Shown here piece after piece: positions 8,186-16,834 of a stretch of 30,066 bases of DNA. How positions within the stretch are numbered: position 1 is the first letter of the stretch; every line of letters starts with the position of its first letter. The position numbers and the translations under genes were made by a program. Below the pieces are notes generated by a model. The model was not told the DNA's origin and did no database searches. It saw only the letters and a list, made by a program, of their open reading frames with translations. The stretch covers positions 1-30,066 of the forward strand of contig JAPLGV010000409.1 in the NCBI GenBank assembly GCA_026389975.1, read 5' to 3'. The stretch comes from Chloroflexota bacterium. Its GTDB lineage: Bacteria; Chloroflexota; Anaerolineae; Anaerolineales; Villigracilaceae.

Positions 8186-9298
8186 TTAGCCTATTACCAG
8201 CCAGCTACTCACGCTGGTGGGAAGATGTTGGCGAAATTGATGACGCATACGGCCAAAAATATCCACCCCCATTTGCAGCAACAGATGCGGGATGTCGAAG
8301 GGCACCCAATTTTCAACGATCGTTTCATCATCGCAGCGGTAAAAATCCATCACCCGCATAGACACCCGCTTGCCAGTAGCCGGCATGCCAAGAAAACCAT
8401 TACCTGTATGGGTAGCTTGCAAATAGCCCCACCCGCCGGTCACTACATAGTGTCCATCGCCAATGCGGATGAAATGACCAATATCCGAACCTTTTCGATC
8501 CGGGAAAGCATTCAGGAATGGGATCTGGTGATGGTCTTCAAATCCCTTCAATCCCCGGGTGGTCCCAATTCCTGCCGCTCCATACCACATGAAATTTGGA
8601 TGCCAGTGCTTGACCATTTCCATTTCATCCAGGATTTCGCGTCTGGGCAGCTTGCCGCTGTAATTACCAAGCGCAGCGTGCATTCTGAGCACGCGTTCAA
8701 TGCAGCCCTTCGAAATTTCGCTGTCCTGAGGCGTAAGAACCACTCCACCATGTGTCATGGGATGTAGCCAGCGCATCTCCCGACCCAGACTGGGAGCGAT
8801 CGGCCAGTAACCAGCCTGGCGCATCAGGTCAAGAAAGTCGATGAACACATGACTGGTCGCAATTTTTCCATCCCGTAGCTCATGTCCTTCAGCATACCGC
8901 ACAGCCACTACCCCATGGGTCGCCGGAATGCCGAGCCAGTCGTTTTCGAATGTGCCAACATAGTGACCAAGGCAACCGATCCAATTCGTGTCCTGGTAAA
9001 GTCCTCCGGCTACAATATCATCACGCCGTTCAACATCTGGAATGGCGTTTCGAAGAGGTTTCCAAATCTGTTTCCCAACTGCTTCAAGGCCAGTCACTCT
9101 ATTTATAGGATGGGTCACGTTCACATTGGAATCGACGTGGTAACTGGCATGAATTGCATCACCTAATTCAACCAATGGTGCGTTGACCAATTGCTGCATG
9201 ATGCCTATGACGCGCTGCTTATTAGCGATGTTTTCTACCTGATCAATTGGCTGAAATTTAAAGGCCTTCACCCTATAACTATCATTTTCAATACTCAT
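8186..9298 (-). CDS. Two-domain SnoaL/NTF2-like 'ester cyclase' family protein
   Basis: GTFENDWLGIPAT, WYGAAGIG, FEDHHQIPFLNAFPD and MPATGKRV...ENWV motifs. ATG 9298 has GGAG 8 nt upstream. Confidence 0.8.
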   Translation of the reverse strand: MSIENDSYRVKAFKFQPIDQVENIANKQRVIGIMQQLVNAPLVELGDAIHASYHVDSNVNVTHPINRVTGLEAVGKQIWKPLRNAIPDVERRDDIVAGGLYQDTNWIGCLGHYVGTFENDWLGIPATHGVVAVRYAEGHELRDGKIATSHVFIDFLDLMRQAGYWPIAPSLGREMRWLHPMTHGGVVLTPQDSEISKGCIERVLRMHAALGNYSGKLPRREILDEMEMVKHWHPNFMWYGAAGIGTTRGLKGFEDHHQIPFLNAFPDRKGSDIGHFIRIGDGHYVVTGGWGYLQATHTGNGFLGMPATGKRVSMRVMDFYRCDDETIVENWVPFDIPHLLLQMGVDIFGRMRHQFRQHLPTSVSSWLVIG

Positions 9299-9369
9299 AA
9301 ACAAAGCTCCATCTCTTGTTTTAGCTGTCCTTCAAATTAGCTCGAAGGCGAGACTCAAAACGACCAAGG

Positions 9370-9879
9370 TTAATCATCATCCGGGTGTTCAAAAAATCCG
9401 GGCGGTTTCGAGCCGACAAACTTCAGCACTTTGTTGACATCGTAGCCAGCCTGTTCCAGAACACCCAAAATGTCAATCAAAACAAGGTTTTCTGCCAGTT
9501 TCCGTTCGCCACTTTCCGGGTCTGTTTCAATGTGCCAAAAATCCATGTAGCGCATTATGATCTTTTTGCCACTGGGCGGAATGCCCAACCATTCCTCAGC
9601 GAAAGTGGTCTCTTGGATTCCCGCCGCAGCCACCCAGTCTCCTTCCGAGATGCGGACAAGGTCTGTTGCGTGTTTGTCAGGGAAGGCGCGAATGAATGCC
9701 TGGCGGTAGTCATATTCAAATTCGTCCAGGCCATGCATGGTGCCAATCCCGGCCGGGCCTTCCCAAACCATGTCTTTTTTCCAATATGTTTCCATCAAAC
9801 CCAGGACGTTCTTGTTCATGGCGGCATACATATCGGCGACAAGCTGTTTGTTTTGTTCGGGAGTTTTCATAGTTTTCAT
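9370..9879 (-). CDS. Single-domain SnoaL/NTF2-like 'ester cyclase' family protein
   Basis: WEGPAGIG, AFIRAFPD and WLGIPPSGK...ENLVLID motifs. Start is ATG 9879 or 9870. Confidence 0.8.
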   Translation of the reverse strand: MKTMKTPEQNKQLVADMYAAMNKNVLGLMETYWKKDMVWEGPAGIGTMHGLDEFEYDYRQAFIRAFPDKHATDLVRISEGDWVAAAGIQETTFAEEWLGIPPSGKKIIMRYMDFWHIETDPESGERKLAENLVLIDILGVLEQAGYDVNKVLKFVGSKPPGFFEHPDDD

Positions 9880-9881
9880 CC

Positions 9882-10472
9882 TCAAAGTTCCTTAGTTTTA
9901 AAATGTTTTTGAAAGAATATTACATCGCGCTCTATGGCAACACGGTGTTCGTTATTCAGGCTTAACTCATGGTCATTGCCTTCGTAAAGATAAAGCGTGC
10001 TTTCTTTGCCCAGTTTTTTCAATTCCTCATGCAAGTTCACAGACCATTCGGCATGCACAGAAGGATCTTGCGTTCCCTGGTGGATGACAACCGGTGCAGC
10101 CGGGTTTTCCAGATAAAACAGTCCGTTCATAGCGTTTATATCTTCGAGCATGAAAGGCGCTGCTTTAGCAGCCGAGTTGATTTTTTCCCATTTCCTTTCG
10201 ATTGCAGTTTCAAGGGGTATTTCAGATTTATTTTCAGAAACTTCATACTTTGTATAGAAATTTGCCACATCTTCTATGCCGGCGGTGACACCTGCCCAAA
10301 TACTCGCTGCGTTGAAATTGTCATTCGCCGTTAATACTGTCAAGGCAATGTCTCCCCCCATCGAATGGACAGCTAAAAAGATGTTATTGTCATCTACTAA
10401 CCGTGGAGATTGAGGATAAAGCCCAAATTCTCCCCAATTGATTGATGAAATAGTTTGAATTATTTCTTCCAT
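9882..10472 (-). pseudogene. N-terminally truncated or chimeric alpha/beta hydrolase (S9 peptidase / dienelactone hydrolase-like C-terminal half)
   Basis: VHSMGG nucleophile elbow, HQGTQDPSV Asp and GNDHEL His. Only about 32 residues precede the Ser motif from ATG 10472. Confidence 0.6.
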
Positions 10473-10503
10473 ATTACCATTACCTCGATATCTGGGAATA
10501 AAT

Positions 10504-11571
10504 CTATCCGGAAGGATCGAACCAATACTTGCCGAGTTTGCGCTGCTCAACTTGACGTCGCAGCCTATCAAAGAGGTCAACTCCCATCTGCATGAAGAGA
10601 TCAATCATATCAATGGGCACCCAGTTCTCAATAAGATAATCACCCTCGCGCTTCCACCAGTCAAAGTCACGGATTGCCATCATCTTTCCGGTTGCCGGAA
10701 CCCCGATATACTCCCCGTGATGTTTTGAAAACACGGTATCCCATATTCCACCACTCACATAGTTTCCTTCGCCTATGGATCCCATGCGGCGTCCACTGCC
10801 AGTTTCACTAAGATTGCGGTCACCAAAGCCGTGCAACCATGGTCGCTGATGAAAGTCCTCAAACTCCTCAAGACTCAGACAGCGGCCGATCCCGCTCGGA
10901 CCATACCAATGCATCTGAGGATGCCAGTAATGCTCCTGTTCCATGCTGCGCATATTCTCCCCATCCCGACTACGGACGTATCGTCTCAACCCCTTACTCA
11001 TCGCCTCGACCAGTTCCAAACTTTTTCGCGATTCCAGTTCGTCCTGCTCGGTCAGAAGCACCCCATCTCCCGCTCTAGGTCCAGGAACCTTCCCGCCTTC
11101 CCCACCACGAGCGGGTGGCAGCACCTGAAATCCGGCCTGTCTCATGACCGCCAAGAGATCCAGAATTACATAGCTTTCAGCGATCTTTCCCTCTCGCATA
11201 ACGTAGAACTGGCCAAAATGGATATTTGTCTTCTCGCCGGTGGCCGGAATGCCTAACCAGTCCTGAGCGAACGTGCCGGTGAGATACCCGACGCCCGATA
11301 CCCACTCTTCTCTACCGCTCAGCCCACCCATGAAGATGTCAGGCTTTCTCTTTAGATCGGGGAATGACTTTAATAGCGGCTGCCAAAAATCCGTGATGAG
11401 CGCATCCACACCCTGCAGGTGATTGATCGGGTGAGGACCGTTCCAATTAACGTCCTCGTGTACGGCAGCTCGGATCACGTTTGCGACTTTATCAGATTCA
11501 ACGTAGTTCATTTTTTGCCAGAAGTCCCAAACAACCATTTTGTTTTTCTGATTCTTCTTATTATCAGACAT
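10504..11571 (-). CDS. Two-domain SnoaL/NTF2-like 'ester cyclase' family protein
   Basis: VWDFWQKMNYV, GTFAQDWLGIPATGEKTNIHFGQ, WYGPSGIG and FEDFHQRPWL motifs; paralog of 7104-8153. Confidence 0.8.
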   Translation of the reverse strand: MSDNKKNQKNKMVVWDFWQKMNYVESDKVANVIRAAVHEDVNWNGPHPINHLQGVDALITDFWQPLLKSFPDLKRKPDIFMGGLSGREEWVSGVGYLTGTFAQDWLGIPATGEKTNIHFGQFYVMREGKIAESYVILDLLAVMRQAGFQVLPPARGGEGGKVPGPRAGDGVLLTEQDELESRKSLELVEAMSKGLRRYVRSRDGENMRSMEQEHYWHPQMHWYGPSGIGRCLSLEEFEDFHQRPWLHGFGDRNLSETGSGRRMGSIGEGNYVSGGIWDTVFSKHHGEYIGVPATGKMMAIRDFDWWKREGDYLIENWVPIDMIDLFMQMGVDLFDRLRRQVEQRKLGKYWFDPSG

Positions 11572-11611
11572 TGTATTCTCTTTTTTCTAAATAACGGCTT
11601 GCTTAATACAA

Positions 11612-12616
11612 CTAACCCTTCACAGCTCCGGATGTCAGGCCCTTTATTAATTGTTTCTGGAAAAAGAGAATCATGATCACGATTGGGATTGTCGCGGACA
11701 CAGCAGCTGCTGCTGCCAAGGTCAGTTGCCCTGGGTCCTCTCCACCCGTAAATTGCGAGATTGCAACTGTAAGGGTCCAGTTTGATCGGGTAAGGATTTT
11801 GGCCAACAGGAAATCGCTATAGGCTAAGAGCAGGGAAAACAGCCCTGTAGATACGATGCCTGGCCACATAATCGGAATAATAACCTTAAAGAATGCCGAA
11901 ACACGGTTGCAACCATCCACCATCGCAGCATCCTCGATCTCCCGTGGGATATTCATGAAGAAGCTGCGAAGCATCCATATCGTAAATGGCTGGTTTACTG
12001 CCACAAGTGTGATGATCAACAACGCAAGGGTGTCATACAATCCAGTTACTTGTCCAAGCCAGTAGTAAGGCAGCACTAATGCCAAGGAGGGAAGGGCTCG
12101 AAACCCGAGCGCCGCAACCAGGATTAAAACACCAGCGATACCTGAGTAACGGGCCAAGGCATATCCTGCTAGACAACCGATACTGAGCGAGATTGCAACT
12201 GTCCCAAGGGTTACGATAACAGAGTTTAAAAAGTATTTATAAAACTCCGCAGTGTTCACAAACTTTGGGATCATCCACATTATCAGGAAGCTAACGACGA
12301 GTATGCCCCCATAGATAATATAATTCTGCCCTGGGATGCGATTAGCATTAAACCCGATCACCACTAGACCGATGATGATCCCAGCGAGGATTATGCCTAC
12401 CAACCAAGGATTTTTGGGGACAGAATTCAGCCAGAGTTCCCTATAGTTATCAAAGGTCGCATCGAAGATGAATAACGGTGTGGGGGAGTACGCCTGCCGT
12501 GGCGTTTTCAAGGACTGAAGGGTTGTCCATACAACCGGAGCCACGCTGAAAAGAGCATACGTGATCACGACCAAATAGATCAAAGTCAGAGCAATGGGGT
12601 TTTTTATTTTCTGCAT
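11612..12616 (-). CDS. Carbohydrate ABC transporter permease (MalG-like)
   Basis: EAA motif IPREIEDAAMVDGCN and TM helices. ATG 12616 has GAGGAG upstream. Confidence 0.92.
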   Translation of the reverse strand: MQKIKNPIALTLIYLVVITYALFSVAPVVWTTLQSLKTPRQAYSPTPLFIFDATFDNYRELWLNSVPKNPWLVGIILAGIIIGLVVIGFNANRIPGQNYIIYGGILVVSFLIMWMIPKFVNTAEFYKYFLNSVIVTLGTVAISLSIGCLAGYALARYSGIAGVLILVAALGFRALPSLALVLPYYWLGQVTGLYDTLALLIITLVAVNQPFTIWMLRSFFMNIPREIEDAAMVDGCNRVSAFFKVIIPIMWPGIVSTGLFSLLLAYSDFLLAKILTRSNWTLTVAISQFTGGEDPGQLTLAAAAAVSATIPIVIMILFFQKQLIKGLTSGAVKG

Positions 12617-12617
12617 A

Positions 12618-13481
12618 TTATCGCTCCTCAATTTGTTCGTGGTAAGTATAGACCAACAAGGGGATCAAGACTATCATGATCATAATGACCGTTAAAATTG
12701 CCATGGCATTGGCTAATCCTAGTTGTTGCACGGCCATCGCAATCCGAAAGATGTATGACATGACGGAAGCCGCTTTATAGATTGGATTCTGTTGCGTTAG
12801 AACGAAGATGCTATCAAAGACTCGATACGCGTCCATAATTAAAATGAGGCCGACAAACACGAGAAGAGAACTCAGATGCGGAATAACAATATATCTGACC
12901 TGTTGCCGCCGGTTTGCGCCATCCATTAAAGCTGCTTCTATCTGTTCTTGCGGCAAGGTTTGCAGACCCGCATACATAACGATGAAAGGAAAAGGGGTGG
13001 TTGTCCATATCGCGTTGAGAAAAATGAGTATCTTCACCGAAACTTCATTGAAGAAAAAGGGTTGTTTCAGAATTTCTTGGTAAAGCCAAGCTGCAATACC
13101 ACTCGGTACAAAGAGTAGTCTAAACATCATGGTTCCTACCACTGGAACGATTACCATAGGCAGCAAGTAAAGAGTGATGAAAACTCCACGAACATGTCCT
13201 GAAATTTGATCCAGGAACAGCGCTAAAAGAAACCCTATCACGATTGTTGCAGGCACTGTTATGGCGATAAACAGTACTGTAAACCGAAAGGCCTGCCAGA
13301 ATCTCTGATCGGTCAGCACTTCGATATAGTTGGCCAGCCCAACAAATACAGGATTATTGATATTGCGGTAGGTCATGAAATTAAGGCCAAGCCAAGTCGC
13401 CATAACCAGTGGGAACACCAGAAGCGTGCCCATTGCAATGAGACTCGGAGCTACAAACTTGTAGAAATCCTTTGCTTTCAA
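12618..13481 (-). CDS. Carbohydrate ABC transporter permease (MalF-like)
   Basis: FVGLANY and LPQEQIEAALMDGAN EAA motifs. TTG start at 13481 has AGGAG 6 nt upstream. Confidence 0.92.
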   Translation of the reverse strand: MKAKDFYKFVAPSLIAMGTLLVFPLVMATWLGLNFMTYRNINNPVFVGLANYIEVLTDQRFWQAFRFTVLFIAITVPATIVIGFLLALFLDQISGHVRGVFITLYLLPMVIVPVVGTMMFRLLFVPSGIAAWLYQEILKQPFFFNEVSVKILIFLNAIWTTTPFPFIVMYAGLQTLPQEQIEAALMDGANRRQQVRYIVIPHLSSLLVFVGLILIMDAYRVFDSIFVLTQQNPIYKAASVMSYIFRIAMAVQQLGLANAMAILTVIMIMIVLIPLLVYTYHEQIEER

Positions 13482-13516
13482 TTCGCACTCCTTATAAGTT
13501 TGTGAAATATTAACAA

Positions 13517-13549
13517 AATGGCCTGCCTGATTAATCAAGACAGACCATT
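13517..13549 (-). terminator. Stem-loop between the SBP and permease genes (stabiliser or attenuator)
   Basis: Minus strand reads AATGGTCTGTCTTGATT / AATCAGGCAGGCCATT then TT. The mismatches seen on + are G:U pairs on the transcribed strand. Confidence 0.6.
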
Positions 13550-13570
13550 CTATCCGGTTATTCCTGAGGC

Positions 13571-14956
13571 CTATTTCACGAAACCTTGTTGGGTAGCTTG
13601 AGCTAGATACTCATCGGCAGCGGCCTGCAGGGCTTCTGCAGGGGTCTTTTCGCCAGTGCCGACAAGTGGCAGCCAATTGCCCAGTGCCGCTATCATAAGT
13701 GGGAGGGCTGGATTACTCGGAGGCGCGCCGACACCTTTGGCTAGGGTCTCATTGACGGCGCCCAGATAACGACTTCCCCCTCCTCCAGCAGCTGCCACGG
13801 AAGTACGAACGATGATCCCCAGTTGGGAAGCTTCTAGCTGACTTTGGAAATCGGTTGCTTCCATAATGACCCGGAAGACTAAATCGGGGTCAACATCGGG
13901 ATTTGCAGGTATGCAATAGGCATCATAATACGAAGGGCCGCCCAATTTGCCAGCCGGGTTCGGGGCTGCGGCGGGGGCGAAACCGATTCTACCAACGAAG
14001 TTCGATTTTTCAGGATTGTCCATATTGGCAGCCCGGCTGGCCCATATATTCACGAATCCTATTGTGCCATTTTCCATACCAATTTCACTGTCATCGATAC
14101 TGTAAGTCAGTCCTTGAGGTCCCATGCAGGCATCGACAACTTCCTTCATCTTTGTCAGAGCCGCAACACCTTCTGGAGAATTGAAGGCCGGTGTGTTGTC
14201 GGGGTTAAAGTATTTTCCACCAAACGACCCTATGAAGTTGAAGAATTCAATCTCCCAAGCCCAACCCGCATGCAGGTTCATAGTGAATGGCACGGAGAGT
14301 GAGGGTTCATTTTTTAGGATTTTACACGCTGCAATCACCTCATCGTAGGTAGTGGGTGGGGTTATATTGTACTTTGCGAACAGATCCATGTTATAGAACA
14401 TCATTATCGTATTCGCGTCCCAGGGTACACCGTAGATATGACCCTCATACGTGACAGCAGTCCAGGCGGCTTCTGGTATATCGTCGAGTTTGTACTCGGT
14501 CCAATATTTCTCGACCAAGTCATCGAGAGGGTATAACCAACCCGCACTGGCGAATTCAGCAACATCCTGTGCAGTGTTGTGAATGATAGCCCATGGTGCT
14601 TTTCCCCCACCACCAAGCCCGAGGCGCATTTGCTCATGCGCACTAGCGGAGTCGAGTTGTTGGGTATTCACTGTTAGATTCTCAACTTGGTTGCATTTTT
14701 CAAGCTCACTTGCATAGAAATCGGTAATTGGGAACGACCAACCGATCATGTTGATTACAACTGGCGTAGACGGGGCATCGAGGTTGCATGCCGTTGGATC
14801 GACGGTAGCGGTGGGTTGTGCCACAACGGCAGTGGGTTGTACCACAACGGCAGTGGGTTGTTCCACAGGTGCAGTAGCTTTTGGTCCGCATCCAATTAAG
14901 GACACCACAACCAGCAAGCTGACCAAAGCAAACCAAACTTTCTGGATTTTCTTCAT
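13571..14956 (-). CDS. Sugar ABC transporter substrate-binding lipoprotein (family 1)
   Basis: Signal peptide with lipobox LIGC, GWLYPLDDL and YGVPWDANTIMMFYNMDLF motifs; RBS AAGGAG. Confidence 0.92.
   Translation of the reverse strand: MKKIQKVWFALVSLLVVVSLIGCGPKATAPVEQPTAVVVQPTAVVAQPTATVDPTACNLDAPSTPVVINMIGWSFPITDFYASELEKCNQVENLTVNTQQLDSASAHEQMRLGLGGGGKAPWAIIHNTAQDVAEFASAGWLYPLDDLVEKYWTEYKLDDIPEAAWTAVTYEGHIYGVPWDANTIMMFYNMDLFAKYNITPPTTYDEVIAACKILKNEPSLSVPFTMNLHAGWAWEIEFFNFIGSFGGKYFNPDNTPAFNSPEGVAALTKMKEVVDACMGPQGLTYSIDDSEIGMENGTIGFVNIWASRAANMDNPEKSNFVGRIGFAPAAAPNPAGKLGGPSYYDAYCIPANPDVDPDLVFRVIMEATDFQSQLEASQLGIIVRTSVAAAGGGGSRYLGAVNETLAKGVGAPPSNPALPLMIAALGNWLPLVGTGEKTPAEALQAAADEYLAQATQQGFVK
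14811..14867 (-). repeat. 3 x 21-nt repeat encoding a QPTAVV linker in the SBP
   Basis: gtgggttg occurs at 14811, 14832 and 14853; protein reads EQPTAVV-VQPTAVV-AQPTATV. Confidence 0.9.
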
Positions 14957-15130
14957 TTCAGCATCTCCTTCTTTGATTATAGTTTTGGATAGGTATTCTT
15001 TTCATGGCAGCTTACGTTCATTTTTTCGATAGGCTCATCTCCTTACGCCGTTTCAGGCTATTGAATATTAAATCCCAATGTCCATTGTTGAATTACTTCT
15101 TTCATATCCAATCACGGTCTAGGAACAAAT

Positions 15131-15430
15131 CTATTCGGAAGGATCGAACCAATTCTTGCCGAGTTTGCGCAGCTCAACTTGACGTCGCAACCTATCAAAG
15201 AGGTCAACTTCCATCTGCATAAAGAGATCAATCACATCAATGGGCACCCAGTTCTCAATAGGATAATCTCCCTCACGCCGATACCAATCAAAGTCGCGAA
15301 TCGTCATCAGCTTTCCGGTTGCTGGAACCCCGATGTACTCGCCGTGATGCTTCGAAAACGGGACGTCCCATATGCCAAGGGACGAATAGAGACCTTCTGC
15401 CAGGCAATCTCCTTCTGCAAGCCCGATCAT
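15131..15430 (-). pseudogene. 3' fragment (about 99 aa) of a sixth SnoaL-like paralog
   Basis: MIGLAEGD...GIWD...HHGEYIGVPATGK...ENWVPID...WFDPSE. DNA is closely similar to 10501-10750 (offset 4627). Confidence 0.85.
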
Positions 15431-15457
15431 GCGGCCTTTGATTTGGAAGATTAGTAT

Positions 15458-15486
15458 TGTATACGTATACTTGTATACGTATACAA
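15458..15486. promoter_or_regulatory. Two head-to-tail palindromic operators (TGTATACGTATAC[T/A])
   Basis: 15458-15471 matches 13/14; 15471-15486 is the perfect 16-bp palindrome TTGTATACGTATACAA. They overlap the -10 and +1 region of the leftward promoter. Confidence 0.85.
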
Positions 15487-15511
15487 TATCACGAGATTTT
15501 ATTTGTGTCAA
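15483..15511 (-). promoter_or_regulatory. Sigma70-type promoter of the leftward operon
   Basis: Minus strand TTGACA (15511-15506), 17-bp spacer, TATTGT (15488-15483). Confidence 0.7.
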
Positions 15512-15591
15512 GACTATTCTGAGATTATTATTTAAACTTTAGAATGGGATAGTATAATAACAATAAATATAGAGCATAAATATAGAGCGTC

Positions 15592-15620
15592 TTGACAAGT
15601 CATGATATACTTCGTACAAT
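15592..15620 (+). promoter_or_regulatory. Sigma70-type promoter of the LacI-family gene
   Basis: TTGACA (15592-15597), 17-bp spacer, TACAAT (15615-15620). Confidence 0.85.
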
Positions 15621-15634
15621 TGTATACGTATACA
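15621..15634. promoter_or_regulatory. Palindromic operator TGTATACGTATACA
   Basis: Perfect 14-bp palindrome directly after the -10 box, an autoregulatory position. Confidence 0.85.
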
Positions 15635-15676
15635 GTAATAAGTTCTCTTGGTAACTCTGTCGAAACGGTGTAATCA

Positions 15677-16723
15677 ATGTCAGCAAGAAAACGCAGAATT
15701 CTATCTTCATTCAAATCATCACCAGATGCCTCACAAATCGATGTCGCTCGGTTGGCAGGCGTTTCTCAAGCTGCAGTCTCCCGTGTTTTTACCAATGGAA
15801 GGAGTGTATCTGAAGATACCCGGACTAAAGTAATGGCAGCGGTTGAGCAACTTGGATATCGACCGAATGTGATTGCTCGGAGCTTGGTTCAGAATTCAAC
15901 CAATATCATTGGTCTTGTCGTAAAGCGGTTTACCAACCCATTTTACGCTCAAATGATCCAGGACTTCACCAGAGCACTTCAGGAACAAGGCTACTGGGCT
16001 CTTGTTCTAAATATTGCTGAAAACCAGGAGCTTGAAGATTCTTTACCAATGGTACTTCAATACCAGGTAGATGGCCTGATTATCACATCTGCGACTCTTT
16101 CCTCAAGATTAGCTGAAGAATGTGCGCGTTCAGGAACCCCTGTGGTCTTATTTAATCGTTATGCATCTGATGCGAGTACCCATGTGGTCAAATGTGATAA
16201 TACTGAGGGAGGCAGAATTGTAGCAGATACCTTCCTCGATGCCGGACATAAGCGATTGGCATTCATTGCTGGTGAAGAATCATCATCAACGAACCGGGAT
16301 CGCGAAACTGGATTTGTCGACCGGCTCAAAGAGCGGGGCCACAACCTGGCATTTCGAGAAAGTGCTGGAGATTACAGTTACGAGTTGGGTTATGCTGCCG
16401 CACAACGTCTCTTCCAGCTTGATGCCCCTCCAGATGCGATCTTCTGTGCGAATGACCTGATAGCCATGGGCGCAATGGATCTGGCTCGTCTCAAACTTAA
16501 TATTAAAGTGCCAGATGAACTTTCAATCATCGGTTTTGACGACATCCCCTCCGCAGCCTGGCCCAGTTACGACCTCACTACAATCAGGCAACCTTTTGGA
16601 AAATTGGTCGACGCGACGATACAAGTTTTGATGAATGCCATAAACAATCCTGAGTGCGAAGTAACAGAATTAATTGTCCCACCAACTCTGATCTGGCGTA
16701 ATTCATCCCGGCGAAAGGAATAG
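15677..16723 (+). CDS. LacI-family transcriptional regulator
   Basis: SQIDVARLAGVSQAAVSRV HTH, LGYRPNVIARSL hinge, IFCANDLIAMG, SIIGFDD and LTTIRQP. Confidence 0.97.
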   Translation: MSARKRRILSSFKSSPDASQIDVARLAGVSQAAVSRVFTNGRSVSEDTRTKVMAAVEQLGYRPNVIARSLVQNSTNIIGLVVKRFTNPFYAQMIQDFTRALQEQGYWALVLNIAENQELEDSLPMVLQYQVDGLIITSATLSSRLAEECARSGTPVVLFNRYASDASTHVVKCDNTEGGRIVADTFLDAGHKRLAFIAGEESSSTNRDRETGFVDRLKERGHNLAFRESAGDYSYELGYAAAQRLFQLDAPPDAIFCANDLIAMGAMDLARLKLNIKVPDELSIIGFDDIPSAAWPSYDLTTIRQPFGKLVDATIQVLMNAINNPECEVTELIVPPTLIWRNSSRRKE

Positions 16724-16779
16724 CCCGGCGCTTTCCATAATCAGTCAAGATAAAATTAGATCATTTTTTTATTGCGCTT

Positions 16780-16793
16780 TGTATACGTATACA
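16780..16793. promoter_or_regulatory. Palindromic operator TGTATACGTATACA upstream of the AOR operon
   Basis: Perfect 14-bp copy 41 nt upstream of ATG 16835. Confidence 0.85.
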
Positions 16794-16834
16794 TATTGGG
16801 CCAACTTTCACATGAATACGCTGAAAGGATCAAA

